Origin: Lytechinus pictus | Taxonomy: Eukaryota | Assembly: GCF_037042905.1 (NCBI RefSeq) | Contig: NC_087253.1 | Coordinates: 25,296,001 to 25,360,000, forward strand | Direction: 5' to 3' | DNA: 64,000 nucleotides | Part shown: positions 12,238 to 23,383 of the stretch, piece by piece | Position numbering within the stretch: the stretch's first letter is position 1 | How the letters are laid out: each line of letters opens with the position of its first letter | The notes under the pieces: generated by a model | Seen by the model: only the letters and a program-made list of their open reading frames with translations | Told to the model about the DNA's origin: nothing | Database searches by the model: none | Position numbers and translations under genes: made by a program

Positions 12238-15200
12238 TTAATAGTAGGTTGGAACCCAGTCATTGGGTCTATAATAATCATAACCGCCTTCTCGGTAGTA
12301 AGTCTGGCGATATTCACCCTGATAATGACTCTGGCTGTATTCACCCCGGTAATAATTTGTGACGTAATGTGGAAATTCTCTCCCATTTGTGACGTAATGG
12401 GGACATTCTCTCCCGTTTGGTGCTGTGTGCCCACCAACGTTGCAATGGGCGGAGCTTCCCAAATGCAAGTGACTGGTGTCAGTTGCAGCGGGTGCGGTGT
12501 GCAGAGTGATATTTGGGGCGTGGCTTTGGTGACTTGAGGTCAATTTGTTGTCCAATGAAGCGGCGAACTCGGCAGCGTTGTAGAGCATCGTCAGCGGATT
12601 GGTTGATTGGGTTGCTGCGTGTGGATTTTCGCTGCCATTGCAACCATTCTGAGTAGGGTTGGCGTTTCTAGGCGGCGCTCGCTCGTCCGGAAGACGCCGA
12701 TTTAAACTCCTACGTCGGTTTGAAAACCAGTTGTGGATTTGGGTTTTCGTCAAACCAGTTTTATCTGCAAGTTCCATCTCGAAAAGAAAAGAAAAAATAG
12801 TGAATATCAGTTGTGAAAGGAAAACACAAATAATTATTATTTTGAAAATCAAGTCAGGTCAATCATATAGCCTACTTCTACAACGACTCAAATAACTTTT
12901 ATCGTCCAACTCTAATTGCAATTACATAAATATTACAAATGTCTTCTTACCTTTTGTTCTTTCTTTGGAAATTTTGTAACGCTTTGGAAGTGATTCATGA
13001 GTGTTGCTCGTTGAGACGTTGAGAGGCTGTGCTTTATGCGATATCCCGATGGGCAAATGCTTTTTGGAGGCGGAAACCTTTGAAAAAAGAGAGAGATAAG
13101 AGAGTGATCACCATAAGGGTGGTCATGGCCGCGATGATAATCATAGGATGGTGGAGTTGCCAGTTTTGGTAGTGCTTCTGCTGATGGTGGTGGTGGTAGC
13201 ACTAGCAATGATTATGATAGTGATGGTGGTTATGATTATGATGATGACGATGACAATGATGATGTTGGTAATGAAATTGATGATGATGTTTGTGATGAAC
13301 GGTGGTGGTGAATGATGATAATGATGATGATGATGGTGATGATGATGGTGGTGATGGTGGAGTTGCCAGTTGTGGTAAAGTGCTGTTGATGGTGGTGTTG
13401 GTGATAATAATGATGACAGTAATGATGATAGCGGTAATTTCAACGATGATGATGATGATGTTGATAATGGTAAGGGTGGTGGTGATGACGGTGGGGATGG
13501 TGGTGTTGATCAGGCTGGTGGTGGTAATAATGACGATAATAAATAGTATTCACATGCAGACTCATTCAAAATAAAGACAGTATGCCAATATAACACTCAA
13601 TCCAACGGGGGGTGCTGGTGGTACCATGATAGTATGCATTTTGCAGAAATTTAAGCAAAATCACCTTCATTTTCCTAGCGAAACCTTTTTTCCGTCAAAT
13701 TTCTCGTGACCAAAATAACCTTCATTTTGTAGTGAAAACCTCATTTATTCATTTGATCATTTTTTTGCTTATCAATTTTAAACCAGCACACCCTGTTAAA
13801 AAAATTCCAGAGCCATGGCCAATCCAACCAAAAGTTTTCGGAAATGAAGATTTCAAACCATTTGATAATAATTTTTGATGCACCACTTATTTTTGCTTTA
13901 CATAATTATGCTTCTCTGCATAATAAAACCAATTTGACAGTAACCTTCCCTCTCCCATATGCATGATTAAATTAAGGGGCGGATCCCCAGGATTAACAAA
14001 AGGGGGGGCACATGTTCTCGAGGAAACTTTGTCAAAAAAAAAAAAATTGGTGTGACTTTCAAAGGATGGGGGGCACACTTGTGTAAGAACGGCAAATTTA
14101 CATCATTTTTTTTTCATTATGACCCTCAAGGGGGGGGGGCACGGGCCGGATGTGCCCCACCCCCTGGAACCACCACTGATTAAATTTATGCTATTATGTC
14201 TGTCAGTTTTGACCCGCTCGTTTCGCATTCTCTAAATTATTACCTTTAGTCAACTGTTTTCAATCATAAAGGGACATTGGTTTAACTCACCTCTCACGAA
14301 TCCGATACTTGGATACTGACGTTAGAGGGCGTTTTAGATTCCTCTTCTGTATTTCAACAATGCATTCGTCCCATACGCCAATAAGATCAGAACCATCACG
14401 AAATGGTCCAATCTGTCAAAGAAATTAGATAATTATTCCTAAGTTAATAAGTATAAAAATTAAATCCTGACTTATCAATAATAAACAGGTCCGCGGAACG
14501 ATTTTGAAAGTGCGGGGGGGGGGCTGACCCTGCAAAAAACACAATCAGATGGTAATTTTTACGTTTTTGTTCACGGTTTTTGAAAAAGTGTGGGGGGACT
14601 GGAACCACCTAGCCGCCCCCCCCCTGTTTTTGCAGCCCCTGATAAAGGCAGTTAAAAGCTGCTACAAGTGGAACGCCTTTGTCAGTCTCGCCTACATCAC
14701 GCTGCATCTTGGAAAACAAGATGGATAATACTTTTTCTTAAGGGAAGATAACATTTAACCTTGTCTTCATTATCGTTTACATAATTATACAACCTTCACG
14801 TAATAAGAATCTAGTCATATCATTTACATAATGGGTGTACCCCTGTTACATATTCACCCTCGAATAGTTTCACAGAGTGCTGAGCAAAAAAAAAAGACAC
14901 GCATTTTTCCTTATCTGTTTTGCCGGTTGTTCCGCTGAACTATTGCTTCACTACATCTGCTCTTTGGGAGAAAAAAAAATAAAAAGTTTGAAAATCCCTC
15001 TAAACAAATCGATTTCATGAACACCGAGCACGAAGTCCCTCACTTGGACTCTGACTATGTCAAAGAATATACCTTATTATTTTCAAACAAAATGTAAACC
15101 TACCTCGATCAAATGACACGCATGCTGGTAATTCCCCTTCGTCTTCGCATTCATGATCTCGACACGGAGGAGGAGCTCGATCTCGCGGTAATGCTCGATG

Positions 15201-18200
15201 AAGCCCGCGAACACGCCTTCGAACAGCGAGTCAATCTCCGCCCATCGACCCGCCTCCATAAGTTTTTTGCACACGGTACACGCGAGGCTGATGACCGTGT
15301 GATCGGGAGGACTGTATTTATCTAGTGAGATGTTGTACAGCAGAGCGTCCATGTATCTTTGAACGTCAATATTTCTTTCTGTTAATTTGGAGAGAAGTGG
15401 AGATAAGCACTTTAATAACAATATTACGATTAACATTCAGTCAAAATCTAAAAATCTAGCTTTTTCCAAAAAGGGGGTTTGACCAAGAAATTTGACAAGC
15501 AAAAAAAAAAGGAAAAAACATGAAAAAAAGCTTTAGTCCAAAATGAAGGTTATTTACTTATTTTGGTACCGAGAATTTTTTCTACAAGCAAAAAATAAGA
15601 AGGGTTCACTATAAAATGAAGGTAATTTGGGGTTGGCTCCAAAATGTAGGTCATTATTTTTGTTTACTTGGCAGCCCAAGGGGGTTAAACTCCCTACCCC
15701 CTCCCCGTAAGTCCACCACTGTTCAGTCGTTTTATAACGATTTACAAGTAACGTTAAGGGGGGGCGATCTATTCTTGTCATACAGTGTTGATTCAGTGAT
15801 ACAAGGCCTATCTATATATCTTTTTGATGGTCTTCCTTTTTGTCCTCCCTACCTTTTATTCCCCCGCCCCCTTTTTTCCCTCTCTTTTATATTTTCACTC
15901 TGGTATAAACCACATGGGTGCATGGCCTGATATGTCGAGCGAATTGAGAGCTACGCGACCTATTCTTTCATCTCTCTTCCTTTTTCTTCCCTCTTCATTC
16001 TTTTCACTCCGTGAAAGTATATAGAGATGTTTGCCCCCAGCAGGGGCGGAAATCTCTCCCAAAAGGTAGGGGGGACACAGGGGCGGATCCAGCCTTCGCC
16101 AATAGGGGGGGGGCGGAAATTTGTTTCAGCCATATTTTCCCCGAACGGCAGCTCGACGATGATTTGTGTTTGTTTCTTTGAAGGGGTAGTCCTCATTAGT
16201 CACTTCTTAGCTTTATTCTTATAAATTGATATATAATATCATAATCCTTATTTATATGATGCGAGCGTGAAGCGCGAGCTAATTTTTTGGAAATGTTATG
16301 TATTTTTTCCTAAAATTTGAACATTCTGGGCAATGTTTGTTATCTTGAAAAAAATGTGTATGCAACTTACTAATTACTACAAACGCAAAGCGCGAGCAGA
16401 AATGAACTGATGGAAAAGATACCTGTTAAAGACTGCGTGCAGTTAGCATTTAACAATCAAATAATGTGAGCGCGAAGCGCGAGCTGATTTTTTTTGGACA
16501 TTTTCACCTACAGAATGAAATTCTAAGCACTTTTTGTAACTCAAGCAGAACAGGTATATAAATGAGTAGACAATTGATGTGAGCGCGAAGCGCGAGCGGA
16601 ACATTTCGAGATTTAGTCCTATAATATTTACTGAACGAGACACTCCATTCATGTTTTGTAAATCATGAAAAGAATGAGTATTAATAATGCGAGCGCAAAG
16701 CGCGAGCAGAAAATTTTTATATACGTTTTGAACTGGTACCTGTTAAGGACTGCTTGCACTTAGCCATGAAGGCATTACATATTTCAACAATCAAAAAATG
16801 CGAGCGCGAGCTGAAAATTTTTGAAAATTTCTAAAGAAAGAATGGAAAATTTTAATCAATTTTTGTAATCGTGAACAGGATAGCTATATAATTCAACAAT
16901 TGATGCGAGCGCGAAGCGCGAGCATAAAAAAAAATCGAGATTTAGACCTAAAAATTGGCCACTCTGTTCATGTTTTGTAAACAGCCATAGGTTGATCGAG
17001 GGCTTTTTACCGTGTTTAAATGAAATAAATCAATCAAAATCCATGTTTTGTAAATCATGAAAAGGATGAGTAATAGGGGGTCTTCTTACATTAATAATGC
17101 GAGCACAAAGCGCGAGCAGAAAAATTTTGATATTGTGATCTGAAACTGGATAATGATTTAAATAGAGAACATGTTGAGTATTTGAATAAACATGCGCGCG
17201 CGTGTTTCATATTTAGACCTAGAATCTTGGCATTCTAAATACATCTGTAATCATGAAAATCATGAATCGATCTGAAAAAAGAGTCAATTACAGCTTTATA
17301 TTTCAAGCACTTTGTAGGAAAATTATAAGGTGGACATGGATCGCACTTAAAAAGAAGAGTTAAAATTTTCATTATTATTACTTTGAGTTTTGACATAGGA
17401 CCGGGACATCCTTACAACATGTCATGAAAATGATGACAATCTTCCTATTCCTCTTGCTAAGCGCGAGATGAAACAAAAGGGACAATTTAATTATTGAATT
17501 AAAATCATATTTATTAATGCCTAATGAGGGCGCGAAATCTGATATTATGGCATAAAAACTGGACATTTCACTTTTGTAATTATGAATAGGATGCATCAGT
17601 TAATATATTTTGAACCATTAATGCGAGCGCAAATCGCGGGCTAAAATTTTTGATAAACTGTCATGAAAAGGGGGATTTTAAGTAGTTTGTTGTATAATCA
17701 ATATTGAAACATACATAACTCGGCAATCAAAATGCAAGCGTGCAGCGCTAGCTGATACGTCTTGACAATCAGACCTAAAAACGGATATTTTGACAACTTT
17801 ATGGAATACACGAAAATAATAGGTACCTGATAAATCAAAATTTGCGAGCACGCAGCGCAAGCAGCAAATGTTGATAAAATTATTTAGACCAAAAAACTGA
17901 CATTTTTACAGAGCACTTTTTAAAAATCAACTTGTAAATCACACAAAATAATGAAAGTTCGATTTCCGAGGTGAAATATGTTTTGTATATTGACTTCCAA
18001 ACTTGATATTTGAGCTCCATATTGAACAAGATATGTAAATCACCTAACAGGCAATGCGAGCGCAAAGCGCGAGCGAAAATTTTATATAGTGGCACGAAAG
18101 ATTCTTTTTATTTTCCAAGTCTTCCCCTCATCTTATTTTATGCACTCGTCGTCCTTCTCTTCTTTTTCTCCTCTCTTTTCCCTCCTTTTTCCCTTTTTCC

Positions 18201-19006
18201 TTCTTTCTTTCCCTTTTTTTTCGTTTTTGCTCCGCCAATAGGGGGGGGGGGGGCCTCGGCCCACCTGGATCCGCCTATGGGGACAAGGGGCGGGAAAATT
18301 TGTCATGAAAAAAAAAGGTTATCATCCCAAAAGTACGGTCATCTCGTCCCAAAATACATGTTTTATTTCGATTTAGAATGATGTATTTCTTACCATCATA
18401 AAAGACAAAAAATAGTAGGGGGGACATTTGATATTGTGTCCCCCCTACTATTTTGAGTAGGGGGGACACGTCCCCCCTGTCCCCCCTGGGATTTCCGCCC
18501 ATGGCCCCCAGTAACACAGCCCCTGAATATTACATATATATGCCTTTCCTCGGCCAAAACCAAGACCAGTTCTTATTGAAATATACTTGTCAAACTAGCT
18601 GCATAACAGACAGATAATAACGATGTCAATTCTTGTTCTTACGACGAAAATATGGAGAAAGATGAACGAAAACAAGACATGACAAGGGCAGCGGTCGCCA
18701 AACGTGTACCTATTACTTGTACTAAGGCCTAACTGGCCCGAATTCTCGAAGGGTGGCTAACTTAGCCCACGGGGGGATAGTTAGCCCAGTGGGCTAACTT
18801 AGCACGGGCTAAGTTAGCCACCCTTCGAGAATTCGGGCCATTTATTTAGGTCTACGAAGCTTTCGATCCATATATACTCAAACATTCATGCTTACAGAGG
18901 ACCGCCACGGCGCGCCGTTAATTTTAATTTATGTAGATTAAATTGGCATAAATGTAAGGACTTGTGCGAATTTCTGTTGTTAGTAGTAATGCAACTTACC
19001 TGCCAT
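12238..19006 (-). CDS. Divergent SIX-domain + homeodomain transcription factor, ANHX (anomalous homeobox)-like, 356 aa, 5 coding exons
   Basis: complement(join(19000-19006,15104-15378,14291-14412,12951-13077,12238-12777)); all GT-AG, phases 1,0,2,0, 1071 nt open. Protein: MAERNIDVQRYMDALL..SPPDHTVISLACTVCKKLMEAG..LLRVEIMNAKTKGNYQHACHLIE|IGPFRDGSDLIGVWDEC..KRPLTSVSKYRIRER|FPPPKSICPSG..SQRATLMNHFQSVTKFPKKEQK|MELADKTGLTKTQIHNWFSNRRR. It aligns to the SIX domain (RPL..V.KYR.R.KFP.P..I) and to a SINE-class homeodomain (ELA..TGLT.TQ..NWF.NRR). Confidence 0.9.
13135..13545. repeat. Degenerate (GAT/GGT)n trinucleotide microsatellite in intron 3 of the homeobox gene
   Basis: Runs of gatgat/ggtggt; explains the spurious poly-His and poly-Met ORFs. 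Confidence 0.9.
13974..14178. mobile_element. hAT-like MITE; related copy at ~60905-61155
   Basis: aaggggcggatcc...ggaaccaccactg flanked by the 8-bp TSD ATTAAATT (13966-13973, 14179-14186). Confidence 0.7.
16041..18503. mobile_element. hAT-like MITE interrupted by a nested 2.2-kb hAT-like element (16078-18279)
   Basis: Outer termini CAGGGGCGGAAATC and GATTTCCGCCCATG with perfect TSD GCCCCCAG (16033-16040, 18504-18511). Inner termini CAGGGGCGGATCC and GGATCCGCCTATG with GGGACA duplicated. An uninterrupted outer copy lies at 31093-31351. Confidence 0.85.
18735..18839. mobile_element. 105-bp foldback MITE in intron 1 of the homeobox gene
   Basis: GGCCCGAATTCTCGAAGGGTGGCTAACTTAGCCC and its exact reverse complement GGGCTAAGTTAGCCACCCTTCGAGAATTCGGGCC. 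Confidence 0.8.
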
Positions 19007-19400
19007 CTTAGTTGATTCCATTTTATTCGTCCTTTGCGTACACGTTTTGTAGAAAGAGATAGAAATCACACCACCAACCCGTAGTTTGCAAACTCTCACA
19101 TGTAGGATGCGAAGTTACTGCTATCACAGCCACACCAACGAAACCACTCGGAAACCGACCGACGGTCTGCCATTGGAAACAGCGCTATCGCTTTGGTCGG
19201 TTTGGAGTCATTGTGACTGAGACATAAATGCATCACATTCCTCGGTTACATCGTACAGGTGTTTTTATGGCGGTGGCCGCGCAGTGACTCCATTGTTCCG
19301 CGGTGAAATCTACGATTGTGGTTTTCGCGCATTCGAATTCCGCACGCGCGCGTTTACACTAATTATCGATTTCGGCTTTATAAAGATGTCGTCTGCCCAT
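19007..19400 (-). promoter_or_regulatory. Probable 5' UTR and proximal promoter of the ANHX-like gene
   Basis: Unique, CpG-enriched island (gcggtggccgcgc, cgcacgcgcgcg) directly upstream of AAGATGGCAG|gtaagt. Confidence 0.45.
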
Positions 19401-20015
19401 TGAAAATTGATAGGCCTGATTACAATTTTTTGTTTATCTGTCTTATTTACCCGCTCTGGGTGAAACCTGGTCTTAGATCTTGATTTCTTTGTAAGTTTGT
19501 GTTAATGATTATGTTATATGCTTAATAAACAATTACATAAAACTTAAAAATAAAACTTGTCTCTGATCATTGTTAGCTAAATGTAAGCAAATAATACAAA
19601 ACCAAAATAGGACAAAGGAACAAAATGCAAAAGGTAACATGAAAACGACAGTGAAAGCATCATGCTTCTATATCCTATGTAGTCTACATCTTATAACTGT
19701 TAGCAGTGTTATTTTTTTATTACATAATTTTTAGATTGCTTTATTGAAACTATTTCGAAAATGAAATAGTTGGACAGGCCATGTCAGGTATAATGAAGAA
19801 TATTGGCGTTTCTAATGATTGTTAAACCATTTTGTAGTTGAAAGTTAATATACGACATAAGATTAGGCCAATAATCGCCATATAGGTCAGTTATCTTTAA
19901 ATAATAACAAATGCACAATGTTTGTTTTATATCAAACCTATGAAAGAATGTTTGGTGTTCACGGAAACTCTTATAATATCTCATTCATCTGTCTATCGTT
20001 AAAATATTTTATCTA

Positions 20016-22248
20016 CAGTGCGTCTAAAAAAAACTATACACTTTTGAAAGGGCTACCAAACAAAAAATATGTCACTTTTGGGGGAAATATCTATATACAT
20101 GGAAAGCCAATGAAATCAACTTTTAGATGACACCAAAAAGTTGGAAAACTATTCATGCTTGAGTGAGCACTACCCACTTAAACAAAGGGTATGAAAATTA
20201 GGGTGGGCAGGAATTAGCCTTTCGATTTTTTTTTCAGTTTTTGAGAGGCGAGTCCCTTGGAACTTGCAAACTTTAGGGTGTTGTGATAAATTAATGGTCA
20301 TTCATTATCAATTCAAATTGTTAGAGCAAATTTCTTGAATTATTAAATTGAAATTTCATGCACGAGTGTGCGTGAATTGCAATTTTTAGTGCAGCATCTT
20401 AACTTCACCATGTGGATCTCAGCAGTGTATTCATTGGAGTCAGGAGAATAGGTGTGAGATAGGATGTACATGGGTGAAGTAAGCTGATGGGAAAGGGGGT
20501 CAACAGAACGTTTAGCCTCCCTCCTACAGGTCCGTCCGTCCCCCACCCACCCAGTGGCGTAACAGGCGGGAGGGCAGGGGGGGGGGCAAGTTGCCCCCTG
20601 GCGGATTTCACCGGGAAAAAAAAACGGGAAAAAGAAAAAAAGGAGGGAGAAAGAAAGGGAAAGGGGAAGGAAAGGGGAAAAGGAAAGGAGGAAAGGGAAA
20701 GAGAAAAGTGAAAAGAAAACGAAGAAAAAACTTTTTTTAATGGGAAAGGAAGGAAAGCGGGAAAATGTACGAAAGAAGAACATTTGAGAAAGAACAAATC
20801 ATTGAGAAATAGGCCTATATAATGCAATAGCACGGTGGGAAATAAATTTTAAGATGGCAAAATGGCAAACAATAGCGGGAAACGAAGGTAGAATGTAATT
20901 ATTCAAAAGCTAAATTAGAAAACAAAGAAAAGGTACAAGAAAAAAAACAATAACACGACCGGGCTGCCAATGATTGAAATTAAAGAGCGGGAAGAAAAAT
21001 GGACTACATTGTGCTATAAGCTTGCTAAATTTTATGCAAATTAGCTACCGGGGCTTTGCCCCAGACCCCACGCAGTAGGGGGCTCTTCATTTATAACCTT
21101 CAAATGGCTCTATAAAGCCCCCCGTTCAATCACGTTCAATCATTGGCATACAGGAGGAGGGGGGGGGGGGTTCGTGGTTCCACACCCAAGAGGAAATAAA
21201 CAAAATTATAGGAGACAACGTATAATGAAATGAATGGAAACAATGAAATGTGTTATTTGCTGAATATAATGAAAAAATCTATCACATAATTAGAATTTAA
21301 TTTCAGTAGGCAATTTTTTCCAGCTCGCTTTGCACGCTGGCGACTTTTTACAAAATGTTCCCACATTGCTATGTTTTGCCCCCTCAAAATATTTGGTTCA
21401 TTATGCAACCGGGTTTAATAAATGTGTTGTGTAAAAGCTATATTCTGTATATGCCCGCGATTTGATTAAAATTGCGGAAATCTGAGAGGTTTAAATGGCT
21501 TTGATATCAAGAAGTTCCGGGGGCTCCGCCCCAGACCCCAAACGCGTATGGAAGGGTTGGGCCATGGCCCCAAAAAGTTATACAGACAAGAACAACAAAA
21601 AAGGAGGAAAAAAAGCAAAGGAAAATTGTAGGTTAGATTCTCATGAAAAGTTGATTTTTTTCTCGCTCGCTTCGCTCGCTCGGGACTTATATATAAAGCA
21701 GCTTTTTAGCACATGTGCTATACTGCGCCCCTCGTTGTTTTTTTGTTTTGTTTTGTTTTTTACTCTTCACGCTACTGCCGCAAAGAATCCTGTTCACAGT
21801 GGCGTACAGACCACCGTGACAAAAAAGGAATCTAAAGAGAGAAGAATTAAATATTTTATTCTTTGGATATCATGTCAAAATCTATCACAAAATTTGATTT
21901 TTGTATTAAAAAGGTGAAAAATTTTGCTCGCTCGCTTCGCTCGCTCGCAACTTTTTTTAAAGATATATTCTGGCCTTCTCAAAATAGTCGCCTCATTACG
22001 CCTGTTCATACCATGATATGACCGGGAAATTGTTGGCTCTTGCCCCCCCCCCCCTGGCCACCGACCCCTGTTACGCCGCTGCACCCCCTCCTGTTTAGAT
22101 CGAGACTGATTGCTATTACATGTACGCATTAAGTCCAGAGCGGACTGTCAATTTGATAAATTCTAAAAATTAGGTCATCAACTTTCACCTATCAATCATT
22201 CAATCAACAATTTATTAGTAAATCGACTCAATTTTTTGAGACGCACTG
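20016..22248. mobile_element. Tc1/mariner-like non-autonomous element with a nested hAT-like element (20552-22081)
   Basis: Outer TA|CAGTGCGTCTAAAAAA and TTTTTTGAGACGCACTG|TA. Inner CAGTGGCGTAACAGG and CCTGTTACGCCGCTG with a degenerate 8-bp TSD (cacccacc/caccccct). Confidence 0.75.
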
Positions 22249-22759
22249 TATATCTCTGCAAATTTCAAAATAAGATCCCCGACTTTGCTTGCTTTAAACC
22301 TTACATAATGAGTAACAAAGAAATTGAATGCAACATTGCTAAAAAGAAAGGTAAACTTTCTGCTCATTTTCATAAATGGAGGTTTGGCTTTTGATTATTC
22401 TCTGTTTATATCATTCTCTTTATGCACTTTGATATGTCCATTACTATGTATATGACCTTGCATTTAATTCTCTTGATTTATTTATAATTTTGTGTTGAAT
22501 AATTCTGTTGTATTATTCTTGATAATTACTTAATTATACAAATTAAAGACCGATAGCCCTTAACGATTTTCTGTTTAAAAGAAAAAGAAGAATCATCTCT
22601 TTGCTCCTTTTGCTGTAATTCACCATAAACGTTGTTGCATTTTATCAATCATCAAGCTTTGTGGCAAAAAACGGATGATTTTATCAATCGGAAAAAAAAA
22701 AAATATTTTCGGATTTTCAAAGAGTGTTGGTGTTCAGGGTGGGGGGATCCTCCACCCCA

Positions 22760-22965
22760 CCCTGCCTTTCTCTCTCTCTCTATACTCTTTCTAGTATACC
22801 TTTTCTTCTTCTTCTTCTTCCCTTCTTCCTCATCATCTTCTCCATTCCTCTTTTCTTCTCCTCCTCCTTTTTTCCTTCTTCTTCTTCTTCTCCTTCTTCA
22901 TCTTTTTCTTCTTCTTCTCCCTTGTCTCCTTCGTTTTTCTTCATTTTTCTCCTCTTATTTTCACT
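22760..22965. repeat. Polypyrimidine (CTT/CT) low-complexity tract
   Basis: Visible composition. Confidence 0.85.
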
Positions 22966-23222
22966 TTAGATTTTCGGGGATGGTCGTCTCCTACCCCCCT
23001 CTTTCCTGTGGCGCCACCCCGGTACATTTTTTAAATATTAAAATGCATTATTTTAATTAGCATTTTAAGAGTTCGAATAGTGGCTGCACTGAAATTGCTG
23101 CTTTTCAGCACTAAAAGTGCTCAATGTGAAACCATGTCATCTGCTGTTTTTAACACTTCAAAAAAAAAATCAGCGCCTCTTAAGGCCATCGCGCAGCGCA
23201 CCATACGACTGGTCCACGATCC

Positions 23223-23383
23223 GGGGAGTGTTTCATCAACATTTTCATCCGACAAGTTGTCAGATCTGACATCTTTCTCTGATGTTGATTGGTTGAGAGG
23301 TACTGTTACTATGGTAACTGTCGGATAAAATGGGACTTGTCGGATAAAACGTCCGACAAGTCCTTTCATGAAACGCTCCCCCG
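23223..23383. mobile_element. Harbinger-like MITE (GGGGAGCGTTTCAT family), single copy
   Basis: ggggagtgtttcatcaac...tttcatgaaacgctcccc; same family as the triple array at 50125-50603. Confidence 0.75.

Noticed and set aside
12700-12777. Pax/paired-class assignment from WFSNRR
   Set aside because: No paired domain; upstream exons encode a SIX domain and helix 2/3 (ELADKTGLT.TQ..NWF) is SINE-type.
13141-13574. Poly-His and poly-Met/Val ORFs
   Set aside because: Translations of an intronic GAT/GGT microsatellite.
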